From assembly GCA_964631995.1 (NCBI GenBank), contig CAZWAU010000057.1:1-56073 (forward strand): a stretch of DNA of 56,073 bases, written 5' to 3'. A program made the translations under genes and the position numbers. The notes beneath the pieces are model-generated. The model saw only the letters and a list, made by a program, of their open reading frames with translations. It was not told the origin of the DNA and did not search any database. This document shows positions 19,901-28,139 of the stretch, one piece after another (position 1 is the stretch's first letter; every line of letters begins with the position of its first letter). This DNA is from an uncultured Nitrososphaerota archaeon. GTDB lineage: Archaea; Thermoproteota; EX4484-205; DTQO01.

Positions 19901-20645
19901 CGTCAATGATGAACCTGCTCCCCGACGATTCGCAGTACAAAAGTATCGGCATGTCGGAAGGTACTACTACGAGTCCGGGCTCGAGACCTAGTACCTTGGA
20001 AATTTCGGGATCAAAGTTCGTTAGGGTTTGGTTCAACAATGGAGCACCATAATATCCTTCTATAAAGCCAAAGCACAAATCTTCTGGAACTCTGCCCAAT
20101 TCGACAAATTCTACCGATCCTGTGAAAAAGACCGAAGCGCCAGGGTGAAGTTGAAAATTGGCGACTATGTTTTTAAAAGCTGAACCAGGCTGCGTCAAGT
20201 CAAGTTGCAGGAACCCTATGATGTAGTCTTTGCCAGGAGTTTCAGGATAGTCAACCAAGACTGCCATCGAGTAATGACCTATGTTTAGTTTTACACTGTA
20301 ATGCCCTGTTTCGTTTGTGTAAATGGATGAATCGTACCGATTCTGTAATTGGTTACCCACATAGCTCCAGCCCCATATGCGTATGGTCGCGCCACCAATA
20401 GGTTTACCAACTAGAGCATCTGTAACAACTCCAGTGATGCTCATCTCCTGTTGAGGGCGCACTACCGAGATTTGTACCACTAAGGTTGTTACAGCGATAA
20501 AAGCTAAGAGCTTAATGTGCCGATTGCAGTATCCAACCATTTGAGTTTGTAGGTGATGAGGGAGCTCATAGTGGTCCATTAATGGTCTTGTAAAACAGAT
20601 CAATGCTGTGAGCATGCGCGGGTAGATGGCCGAGTATTCTAGCAT
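16968..20645 (-). CDS. MacB/FtsX-type permease with CarboxypepD_reg-like ectodomain, fused to a degenerate ABC nucleotide-binding domain
   Basis: SITGVVTDALVGKPIGGATIRIWGW indicates a carboxypeptidase-regulatory-like fold. ATRNLKRRKMRSSLMLASIL is a MacB TM1 signature. The FtsX domain reads YERKREIATLSLVGLNPSQISYVFLAE. The last 216 aa align to an ABC NBD but with altered motifs (see findings). Confidence 0.8.
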   Translation of the reverse strand: MLEYSAIYPRMLTALICFTRPLMDHYELPHHLQTQMVGYCNRHIKLLAFIAVTTLVVQISVVRPQQEMSITGVVTDALVGKPIGGATIRIWGWSYVGNQLQNRYDSSIYTNETGHYSVKLNIGHYSMAVLVDYPETPGKDYIIGFLQLDLTQPGSAFKNIVANFQLHPGASVFFTGSVEFVELGRVPEDLCFGFIEGYYGAPLLNQTLTNFDPEISKVLGLEPGLVVVPSDMPILLYCESSGSRFIIDDDGNFFKFPKGSVTTVDLSWAVMNRNVDFVRNGLTSTWLKAKEMGLNGIVVTPEIGDLETAFSYLDLARLALRKRFYSNCFINLRAAYIMDMDVRNRLESILSDATFSPIPLSFLLMLSGFGLASIFVEKEGSRIGAGLLISLSFLAFYYYVSPGLRLTDPIFLAMSNAAAAALAIGLVLLLPRVGKDVVTQSGIALASSLMSTFSLATRNLKRRKMRSSLMLASILTFVFGFMIFTSFRIQADVAFGRPASPYPKSNPPTGLMVVPPPGRTTPNPLSMSLVEALRANPLVVSVAPKTETSPYYLEAQLIGEDGRKVPIRGAIGVSGDEANINNLDAAVIEGHYFTEDEHAILISKRAANQLGIAPGGKVKFAWASGTGTIVTEYMVAGILDDQMLEGIVDFDGQPIRPYIFMEREKVYLSPENVVVFNWQELIKLKLGELTRIDVKTISANDITPLATELARKWRYFVYASAGEGVKLFHYRKDLFLLGGTTLPMVLALVGLNVLACTLNAVYERKREIATLSLVGLNPSQISYVFLAESGLVAFIGGIIGYLFGVGVPRFLLSVGGQGFLTEKVSWTWSIAIIVMAVTIAISASVLPAMKASTIATPKLPLKWKLDYIPAAKDMWLLHVPQLVSQIELRRFFRFVQEKFEEMQMMHTIPEKMEFKEIVEESDQEKEVKKLLFSHSFAQEGSRAFRTENELALTRSRGSSTYSMDLVIKIAMLYNYEPMEVVKKTASAVRRLMLQWAAVPSSVRWGRTRELLRVENISLFAGGKPVLRGISMSAMRGEIIGLVGEGRRALILAIAGLFKPTSGSVTLDGIDTYSRRSEIKDSIGLLLNRTELYGQFSPRWNLLFLGKLDGNVDENTINDLLEKYNLTQHADKKASNLNQEIKRKLMIVQALIKRPSLLLLEEPLAGLKDQEAKGVEVLLKNLSRWEGLTIICTGRNAQELKFCNKILSLKKGMVEAVIETERQEIG

Positions 20646-21131
20646 TTATGCCTTATCTCAAGAAAAATAAAGTTCTATCAGCCGTCCCTTCCTTACTTTT
20701 TATAAGCTATTGATCCACATATCTATGAGTGCAATTTTTTATTGCAAAGGCTCCTTGCGAGATGTTTGTTCAAGCTTGCACAGTATCCACTTACCTGAAT
20801 AGTGTATGGGAAACTTCAACATCTATCTGATATATAGAGAAAGATAAAATTATGGGGTAGGCATGCTATACCAATCGAGGGTTGCAGTTCAAAAGCTTTA
20901 ATTTGGAAGAGATCGGCATAGCGTTGGTCCTTAGAAACGCGCCAATGGTGGCTGAGAGGGCATATGACGGTACAGCGACTTTAACCTTGACAGCATACCC
21001 TGATCTCCTCGCCGCCTTTCTCTACGGCAATGCCGAATTTAGCACCCAGAACGCTTTTTTCTAATTTCAAATAACGTTTTTCTTCCGATTCTATAGCCCA
21101 AACGACAATATTCGTAAAAGCTTAGCAGAAT

Positions 21132-21139
21132 CTTATATC
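21132..21139 (+). promoter_or_regulatory. TATA-box candidate CTTATATC
   Basis: It is centred about 29 nt upstream of ATG 21165. The same core is seen upstream of several other genes in the window. Confidence 0.4.
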
Positions 21140-21164
21140 ATACCATCTAGGTCGGATAGGTGTA

Positions 21165-21497
21165 ATGAAAAGATTGAGAGTCCTGTTTGTGTGTTATGGT
21201 AATGTCGACAGAAGCCCTACAGCTGAAGAGATGTTTAAGAAGAGGTCGGGATTGGAGGTCATGTCTGCAGGGATCGCTGCTGTTGCAGGAGGGACGCAAT
21301 TAACTCGGGAGCTCATCGATTGGGCAGATAAAATCTTCGTTATGGAGTCTGAACAAGCGGAATATATCAAAGCTTTGAATCCTGAAGCCAATCAGAAGGT
21401 CATCATCCTTGGCATTCCTGATAACTACTTTAGGAACGACCCAAGGTTGAGGATGCTGCTCGAGGAACGCGTGACGCCACATTTACCACAAATCTAA
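21165..21497 (+). CDS. low-molecular-weight phosphotyrosine phosphatase-like protein (COG4551-like)
   Basis: It has the P-loop VLFVCYGNVDRSPTAE (CX5R-S). Confidence 0.7.
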   Translation: MKRLRVLFVCYGNVDRSPTAEEMFKKRSGLEVMSAGIAAVAGGTQLTRELIDWADKIFVMESEQAEYIKALNPEANQKVIILGIPDNYFRNDPRLRMLLEERVTPHLPQI

Positions 21498-21610
21498 AAT
21501 TTCCGCATTCATGAGGCTAGCGATGATAGAGCCTGAAGTCAAGGGATTCTTCCATTATCATGACTAGGAGCTTCACCTTTCCAGGAGCAGGTGAAGTAGA
21601 CATGGAGTTT

Positions 21611-22204
21611 CTATGTGCTTTTGCCAACCTTTGGCTTGAGGCGGAATCCTATTAGAGCCAATAGAACTCCTATTGCAAATAAGAAGCCGCCCCCGACAGC
21701 GACATTGATAGCTTCCTGCAATCCTGGTAGACTGCAGTCGAACGATACGCGCGCACCTCCTTCCCACTGGTAGAACCACATCTCCAGCGTATGCGTTCCT
21801 CTCGTCAGCTGTGCCTCAGCCGACCTTGTGGTATAGGCCTGGAGCAACCAGTTGTTGATCAGCGCGTTGCCATCCACGTAAAGCTGCGAACCATCATCGC
21901 TTCCGATTTGGAACCAGACTGTGCTGTCCTCCGCCAAATCTATCGTCGTAGTCGCCATGAAACCCACATGCTCGCTATGTCCTTGAAAATTTACAGTCGT
22001 CATGTCGAACCTGAGGGGAGCTGTCGAGGTGCCTAAAACGTCGCCATATCCGCCAAGTTGGTCGTTCATCTCGTACCAAGTGATCGCCCAATCGTGCATT
22101 CCGATTGCGCCTTCAAGCTGGCTCCTCGTGTATAGGCCATATCCAAGCAGAACCACCCCAAGCACTAGGAATATGACACCTACAAAGAAGACGTTTTTTC
22201 TCAA
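21611..22204 (-). CDS. PA14-domain membrane protein
   Basis: It has N- and C-terminal TM helices. The core WFQIGSDDGSQLYVDGNALINNW ... GTHTLEMWFYQWEGGARVSF matches the PA14 signature. Confidence 0.7.
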   Translation of the reverse strand: MRKNVFFVGVIFLVLGVVLLGYGLYTRSQLEGAIGMHDWAITWYEMNDQLGGYGDVLGTSTAPLRFDMTTVNFQGHSEHVGFMATTTIDLAEDSTVWFQIGSDDGSQLYVDGNALINNWLLQAYTTRSAEAQLTRGTHTLEMWFYQWEGGARVSFDCSLPGLQEAINVAVGGGFLFAIGVLLALIGFRLKPKVGKST

Positions 22205-22562
22205 TATCTCGCCCCATCTACTGGTGCGCTGCTTTTGGACTTAAGTTTTTCGAAGTTTGAACACTATGCCAACCCTAATTCTGGGCAATCTGCCCATTTC
22301 AAGAGCCTTGTCTCATTGACACCAGAAGATATGCCGTCTCTGGAACTGAACTGAGCCGAGATGAAGTATTGTCATTCCCCAGAATTGGTAGAAAACTCAA
22401 ATTGGAGGGGCAAAACTGGACATTTGTGAGAAGCATGCGTCGTTGCTTAATTGAATGAACTAAATTTTTGGCCATTACAGCCATCATTACCTAAAGGGTA
22501 TGCCCGGTTAGCCTGCAATTGCTTGGCAGAAGAGTTATTCATATGGAAAGAGGTTGTGAAAA

Positions 22563-22570
22563 CTTATTAA
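22563..22570 (+). promoter_or_regulatory. TATA-box candidate CTTATTAA
   Basis: It is centred about 30 nt upstream of ATG 22597. Confidence 0.35.
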
Positions 22571-22596
22571 GACTCAGTTTCCGAGATTTGGTCGCC

Positions 22597-23526
22597 ATGG
22601 GAAACGTTTCCATCCCATCCATCAGATATGGTCTAATACCTGCAACGATAACGCCGATGGACGAAAATTACCAAGTCGACTACGACCAAATTGAGAAATA
22701 TATCGATTGGATTTCAAAGTTCAAGTTAGGAGGAGTGGCGGTAAACGTTGACACCAGTGAGGGGCCCCACCTGAATGCTGAGGAACGTGCTTCTATAATC
22801 AAAACTTATGCTAGAAAAATTGGTAGAAGGTTTCCAATAGTGGCAGGGCTGCATGCGAGGAACACCGAGGAGGCTGTAAAGCTTGGCAAAGAGGCAAAGG
22901 ATTCTGGCGCCGATGGACTTTTGGTCTTCCCACACCCAGCATTCATGGGGGAGAAAGCTGAAGAGGTTGTTTACGCGTATCACAAGGAGATTGCAGAGAA
23001 AGTTGGTTTACCCATCGTACTTTTCCAGCTGCAGCCAGTTCTCGGAGGAATTGAGTTTGGAAAGGAAGTTCTGAATAGGCTTGTTGAAATAGAGAACGTA
23101 GTTGCGATAAAGGAAGCTTCTTTTGATGCAAAGAAATTCACAGAAACGGTAAGAATTTTGGAAAAAGCACCAAGGAAGATAACGATATTGACAGGAAATG
23201 ATAACTTCATTTATGAATCACTTGTTATGGGCGCCGAAGGAGGGCTCCTTGGATTTGGAACCATTGCTGTGGAAATGCAGGTCGAGATGTTTCGACTTGC
23301 ATCCGAAGGCAGGTTCAAGGAGTCTAGCGAGATCTGGAAAGAACTGCTGCCTTTGGAGGAAACGATTTTTTCACCACCTGTTAGAGATTACAGGGCTAGA
23401 TTGAAAGTGGCGCTGAAGATCATGGGCATCATCGATGAGGCATTTGTGAGGCCGCCACTTTTGCAGATAACGAAAAACGAAGAGGAACACATAAGAACGA
23501 CCCTAAAGAGTTTGCGGATGATTTAA
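22597..23526 (+). CDS. DapA/dihydrodipicolinate synthase family class I aldolase
   Basis: It has GLIPATITPMDENYQVDYD, and VAIKEAS supplies the Schiff-base Lys. The track ORF starts at 22519. ATG 22597 gives the canonical N-terminal length and has an upstream TATA box. Confidence 0.85.
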   Translation: MGNVSIPSIRYGLIPATITPMDENYQVDYDQIEKYIDWISKFKLGGVAVNVDTSEGPHLNAEERASIIKTYARKIGRRFPIVAGLHARNTEEAVKLGKEAKDSGADGLLVFPHPAFMGEKAEEVVYAYHKEIAEKVGLPIVLFQLQPVLGGIEFGKEVLNRLVEIENVVAIKEASFDAKKFTETVRILEKAPRKITILTGNDNFIYESLVMGAEGGLLGFGTIAVEMQVEMFRLASEGRFKESSEIWKELLPLEETIFSPPVRDYRARLKVALKIMGIIDEAFVRPPLLQITKNEEEHIRTTLKSLRMI

Positions 23527-23536
23527 GGTAGAAAGA

Positions 23537-24712
23537 TTGGTGGACCCTTCCGTAGAAATAGCTGGGATCTCTTTCAGGAATCCTGTTATTGTTGCATCTT
23601 CGCCCCCATCACGATCCTCCAAGCACATCGTGAAGTGTATAAGGAGCGGAGCTGGAGGGGTTGTTACTAAGACGATAACTTACGATCCAACGCAGAGAAT
23701 TCAACCGAAACCAAGAATGCATGTGGTGAATCCGAAGGATGCTCTGGCTGGCAGGTTCTACTCTTTCTACTCAGTGGACTTGATGTCTGAGCTTGAGCCT
23801 GAGGCTTGGGTAAAGGAATTGGCTAAAGCGAAAAAGGAAGTTGGAAACGATGGGGTCCTTATAGCGAGTATTGCTGGAAGAACTTATGGTGAGTGGGAGA
23901 AACTTGCTGCCTTGATGCAAGGAGCTGGAGCGGACATGCTAGAGCTTAACCTCTCCTGTCCGCACATAGATGAAGGGGGGCTTATGGGAAAGGCTGCCTC
24001 CTACGATGCTGAAATTGTGTCCAATGTAGTAAAGGCTGTTAAAGGTTCTGCCTCTATCCCAGTGATCGGGAAGCTGACCCCCCAGGGCGCAAATCCTGTT
24101 CTGCTGGCAAGGAGGATGGCCTCCTCTGGCATTGATGCAGTCGTATCGACCGCCAGGTTTCAAGGCCTCTTGATCGATACCGAAAGCGGAAAACCTGTAC
24201 TTTGGCCTGGCTTTGGTGGATATGGGGGACCTTGGCAAGTTCCCATAAGCGTTGCTTGGACAGCGCACATCGCGATGGAGGGGCTAGGAAAGCCGATCAT
24301 AGGCTCTGGAGGGATATCCACATGGCAGGATGCCCTGAGCTTCATACTTGCAGGCGCCTCTGCGATACAGCTTTGCACATCCATAATGATGAAAGGTTAC
24401 GGCGTCATCGAGGATATCGAAAAGGGGATTGAGGGTTGGCTGGAGAAAAAGGGGTTTGGCAGCTTGAAAGAGGCGGTTGGCATGTCTTTGAAAGGCATAG
24501 TCCCGCTCGAGAAACTGGAGAGGTCAAAAGTCTACCGCGTAACCGTGAACGATGGAAAGTGTACGAGGTGCGGGATTTGCGAGAAAATCTGCCCATACGA
24601 TGCCATCACAATTGTCAGTAAAGGTGTTGTCATAGATTGGAAAGCTTGCGACAACTGCAACCTCTGCGTCTCTCTCTGCCCGACAAGTGCCATGAGCCTT
24701 CTTAAGTGCTGA
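23537..24712 (+). CDS. dihydroorotate/dihydropyrimidine dehydrogenase-like flavoprotein with C-terminal 2x[4Fe-4S] ferredoxin domain (PreA-like)
   Basis: It has GADMLELNLSCPH. The C-terminal clusters are CTRCGICEKICP and CDNCNLCVSLCP. The start codon is TTG or GTG. Confidence 0.85.
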   Translation: MVDPSVEIAGISFRNPVIVASSPPSRSSKHIVKCIRSGAGGVVTKTITYDPTQRIQPKPRMHVVNPKDALAGRFYSFYSVDLMSELEPEAWVKELAKAKKEVGNDGVLIASIAGRTYGEWEKLAALMQGAGADMLELNLSCPHIDEGGLMGKAASYDAEIVSNVVKAVKGSASIPVIGKLTPQGANPVLLARRMASSGIDAVVSTARFQGLLIDTESGKPVLWPGFGGYGGPWQVPISVAWTAHIAMEGLGKPIIGSGGISTWQDALSFILAGASAIQLCTSIMMKGYGVIEDIEKGIEGWLEKKGFGSLKEAVGMSLKGIVPLEKLERSKVYRVTVNDGKCTRCGICEKICPYDAITIVSKGVVIDWKACDNCNLCVSLCPTSAMSLLKC

Positions 24713-24728
24713 AAGAAGTTTTACGACA

Positions 24729-26741
24729 ATGCCTTCATGCGCTAAACTTATTACGAAAAAATTTGCATCCTATCGCATGGAAATCGCTTGGAAGATTTTA
24801 CCAGAAGGGGTCATACCCAAAGACAGGAGGTTGGAGGAAGTCAGGAGATTGGATATGTTCCTCGAATTGAAAAAGTACAGCAAGCGTGAGTGGATGAAGA
24901 GAAAGGAGAAAATAAGAAAGCACATCCTCGCGGTATGTGGTCTTCTACCCGAACCTCGTAAGAATCCACTAAATGCTGTAATCTTTGGAACAAGGGAGCA
25001 TGAGGACTATGTCGTTGAGAAGGTCTTTTTCGAGAGCCATCCTGGGTTCTACGTGACCGGGAACCTTTACAGACCTCTGGATAGCGGAAAACATCCGGGT
25101 GTCCTTTGTCCCCATGGACACTGGAGCGAGGGAAGGTTTGCAGATGACGTCCAGGCAAGGTGCATAAGCTTTGCAAGGCAGGGGTATGTTTCGTTCCTCT
25201 ACGACATGATTGGTTACAACGACAGCAAGCAGGTGAGCCATGATTTTGGCGGAGCCAGGGAGAGCCTTTGGGGAATCAACCTCATGGGGCTACAGCTTTG
25301 GAATAGCATCAGGGCAATCGACTTCCTTCAGTCCCTGAATGATGTGGACGCTGAGAGGATCGGGTGCACAGGTGAATCTGGCGGTGGAACCCAGACTTTC
25401 ATGGTCTCGGCCATCGACACGAGGATCAAGGTTAGTGCTCCGGTGTGTATGGTCTCAGCCCACTTCCAAGGAGGATGCATTTGCGAGAACGCCCCAAGCC
25501 TGAGACTGGAAACGAACAATGTGGAAATAGCGGCTCTTACAGCTCCCAGACCCTTAATGCTCGTTTCGGCCACAGGTGATTGGACGCGCAGAAACCCCTG
25601 GGTCGAGTATCCTTTTATCAAAAAGATATATGGTTTCTTTGGAGCTGCAGACAAGGTCGAATGTGTTCAGGTCAATGCGCCACACAATTACAACAAGGAG
25701 AGCAGAGAAGCGGTATACAGATGGTTTGCAAAATGGTTGCTTGGGAAGCCCTTCCCTGAAGAATTTAGCGAGAGGACCTCCATTCCGGACAAAAAAGAGG
25801 ACCTGCTCGTTTTCGACAGAAGGGATAGACCAAAAAACTACCTAGACACTCAAGGTCTTCTATCTTACCTCGTGGCATCTTCTAGAAGTTTGTTGGAAGA
25901 AATTAGGCCAAAAAATATTGAAAAAGTACACGACTTCAGGAAGAACATGGGAGAGATCATGATGGAATATTTGTCGGTCGATGCATCTCCCGATGTTGAT
26001 GCTAAAATCATGAGCAGGACGACCATTGAGCCAAAAGCCAGGTTGGCAAAGATTCTTTTGGGAAGGAGAAATTCTGGCGAGGAGATACCCGGAATATGGA
26101 TGCAGCCTTTCAGAAGGACCGGATATGGCGTGCTCGTCATCTGCGAGGGGGGCAAGTCCGGCCTTTTTGAAGGAAGGGGTTTGAATGCCTTTGCCTCAGG
26201 ATTGCTATCGGCTGGATTCGATGTCCTATCGATCGATTGTTTCCTCAAAGGCGAGTATGCAGCACCGGTTGAGTCAAGAAGGGACATATCTTCCTGTTAT
26301 GTGAACTATTACGAGACTTACAACAGAACAGATTCGGTGCTGAGGATTCAAGACATTCTGACCGCCCTGTCTTTCCTGAGGAAATCATGCAGAAAAGTGA
26401 GCCTTGTTGGCTTCGAAGACGCTGGAGTTTGGTGCCTTCTGGCCTCGAGCGTGGTTGGAAAATTGGAATCGGTAGTAGCAGACTTAAACCGGTTTGAAGA
26501 CAACTCTGAGGAAAGCTGGCTTAAGCGCCTGTATATACCGGGGATAATAAAAGCAGGTGGATTGAAAACCGCCGCTTCCCTTAACGCTCCAAGGAAGCTT
26601 CTAGTTCACAACACCGGAGTTGGTTTTGATGCTGAATGGGTCAGGAGTATATATAGGGTCCTCTCGGCTGAAGATAAATTCAGGTCCTACGATGGGACCA
26701 TCGATCATAAGACATTACTGAACTGGGTGGTAACAAAATAG
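24729..26741 (+). CDS. alpha/beta-hydrolase fold protein (esterase/peptidase-like)
   Basis: The nucleophile elbow is GCTGESGGGTQTF. Length is 670 aa with a C-terminal second alpha/beta-like half. Confidence 0.7.
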   Translation: MPSCAKLITKKFASYRMEIAWKILPEGVIPKDRRLEEVRRLDMFLELKKYSKREWMKRKEKIRKHILAVCGLLPEPRKNPLNAVIFGTREHEDYVVEKVFFESHPGFYVTGNLYRPLDSGKHPGVLCPHGHWSEGRFADDVQARCISFARQGYVSFLYDMIGYNDSKQVSHDFGGARESLWGINLMGLQLWNSIRAIDFLQSLNDVDAERIGCTGESGGGTQTFMVSAIDTRIKVSAPVCMVSAHFQGGCICENAPSLRLETNNVEIAALTAPRPLMLVSATGDWTRRNPWVEYPFIKKIYGFFGAADKVECVQVNAPHNYNKESREAVYRWFAKWLLGKPFPEEFSERTSIPDKKEDLLVFDRRDRPKNYLDTQGLLSYLVASSRSLLEEIRPKNIEKVHDFRKNMGEIMMEYLSVDASPDVDAKIMSRTTIEPKARLAKILLGRRNSGEEIPGIWMQPFRRTGYGVLVICEGGKSGLFEGRGLNAFASGLLSAGFDVLSIDCFLKGEYAAPVESRRDISSCYVNYYETYNRTDSVLRIQDILTALSFLRKSCRKVSLVGFEDAGVWCLLASSVVGKLESVVADLNRFEDNSEESWLKRLYIPGIIKAGGLKTAASLNAPRKLLVHNTGVGFDAEWVRSIYRVLSAEDKFRSYDGTIDHKTLLNWVVTK

Positions 26742-26940
26742 AGAAATGCTTGAATTGGGTAATACTTTTTACAGTTGTGATTTGGATAACTGCAAGGGGA
26801 ATCAAGATAGCTATGCAAGACATTTCAATGGAATTGGACATGTAAGCTTTCGAAGGTTAGGGAGAAAGTAAATTTAGATTCAAATCGAAATTCAAGAAAT
26901 TGCCTTTTCAAAAGCCATCGATTCTGTGCATCCAATAACA

Positions 26941-27993
26941 TCAAAACCTTCCATCCCTTACGTCGAAGTGCGTAGGTTTGTTTAAAGTTGGGCCTCCGAT
27001 CTTGACCCAATGTGCTATCCAGCTGATCATTTTCTCCAGTGAAACCTTCGGAGACCTAGACAAACGGTGGTATTTGGATGCATTGCTCAGGAGAGCTGTT
27101 TCAGACTCCGAGTTCTCGAAGGTAGGCTCTCTACCGAACAAAACGCCGAATCTCTTTGCAAGCCACCTTACTGAAATGGTCTCTGGTCCTGTAACATTCA
27201 GTACTTTTGGAGGATTTGTGCAATGGGCAAGTCCCAAGATCGCAGCATTGTTCACATCTCCTTGCCAGATTACATTGACGTAGCCCATTCTCAAATCGAT
27301 CGGTATTCCATGGAATACCTTTAGTGCTACGTCCAAGAGGACCCCATACCTCAGGTCGATCGCATAATTTAATCTCATAAACAGGGCTTTCGTGCCAAAT
27401 TTTCGGCAAAAATATTCGAAAACCCTTTCCCTTCCAAGACAGGATTGAGCATATTCTCCAATTGGTTCTGGAGGATGCGATTCCAAAGCACCTCCAGATG
27501 TTATGGGAACTAGTGGATAGACATTTCCAGTAGAGAAGACAACTATTCTAGAGTGCTTAAACTTTTGGGCCACGACTCCGGGAATGTAGGCGTTCGTTGC
27601 CCAAGTTAGAGGTTCGTTTTCTTCGGTTCCAAACTTCATTCCAACCATGTAGATGACATTAGGTATTTCTGGAATCGTATCTATGCTGTTTTCTTCCAGA
27701 AGGTCACACTTAATAGTTACGATACCCAAATTGGCCAGTTCATCTTTTACTTCAGCTCTCGAGAATCTTGAAACAGCGAAAACCCTCTTTTTGACGCCAG
27801 ATTCCTCAATTGCATTTCGCACCAACTTTGCCAAGCTTGGGCCGATCTTTCCACCAGCCCCAAGTATTAGAATGTCTCCTCGAATTTTCGATAATATATC
27901 GACGGACTCTCTTGAAGGCCTTGATAAGATATCTTCGAGAATGGATTCCGAATCGATGAACTTTGGAAGTTGACCATCATGATTCGTTTTCAT
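26941..27993 (-). CDS. NAD-dependent epimerase/dehydratase family (extended SDR) protein
   Basis: It has the Rossmann motif ILILGAGGKIGPSLA. The expected YxxxK reads YAQSC (see findings). Confidence 0.75.
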   Translation of the reverse strand: MKTNHDGQLPKFIDSESILEDILSRPSRESVDILSKIRGDILILGAGGKIGPSLAKLVRNAIEESGVKKRVFAVSRFSRAEVKDELANLGIVTIKCDLLEENSIDTIPEIPNVIYMVGMKFGTEENEPLTWATNAYIPGVVAQKFKHSRIVVFSTGNVYPLVPITSGGALESHPPEPIGEYAQSCLGRERVFEYFCRKFGTKALFMRLNYAIDLRYGVLLDVALKVFHGIPIDLRMGYVNVIWQGDVNNAAILGLAHCTNPPKVLNVTGPETISVRWLAKRFGVLFGREPTFENSESETALLSNASKYHRLSRSPKVSLEKMISWIAHWVKIGGPTLNKPTHFDVRDGRF

Positions 27994-28139
27994 TCTATAT
28001 ACCTTCTGGGGATTTTCATGCTGATCGCCGAGATCTGATTTTGAGGAAACTTGGTGCTTTTTAAGAGTTTAATGACAGGTAAAGGCGGGATGGTAGTATA
28101 ATGTTCAGTTCAAAGCTTACTAAATTGCTTAGAATGAAA

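Noticed and set aside
20882-21064. A 60 aa TTG-start ORF in the 520-bp spacer upstream of the FtsX-fusion gene.
   Set aside because: It is weakly SCP2-like at best, short, and has a non-ATG start with no promoter box.
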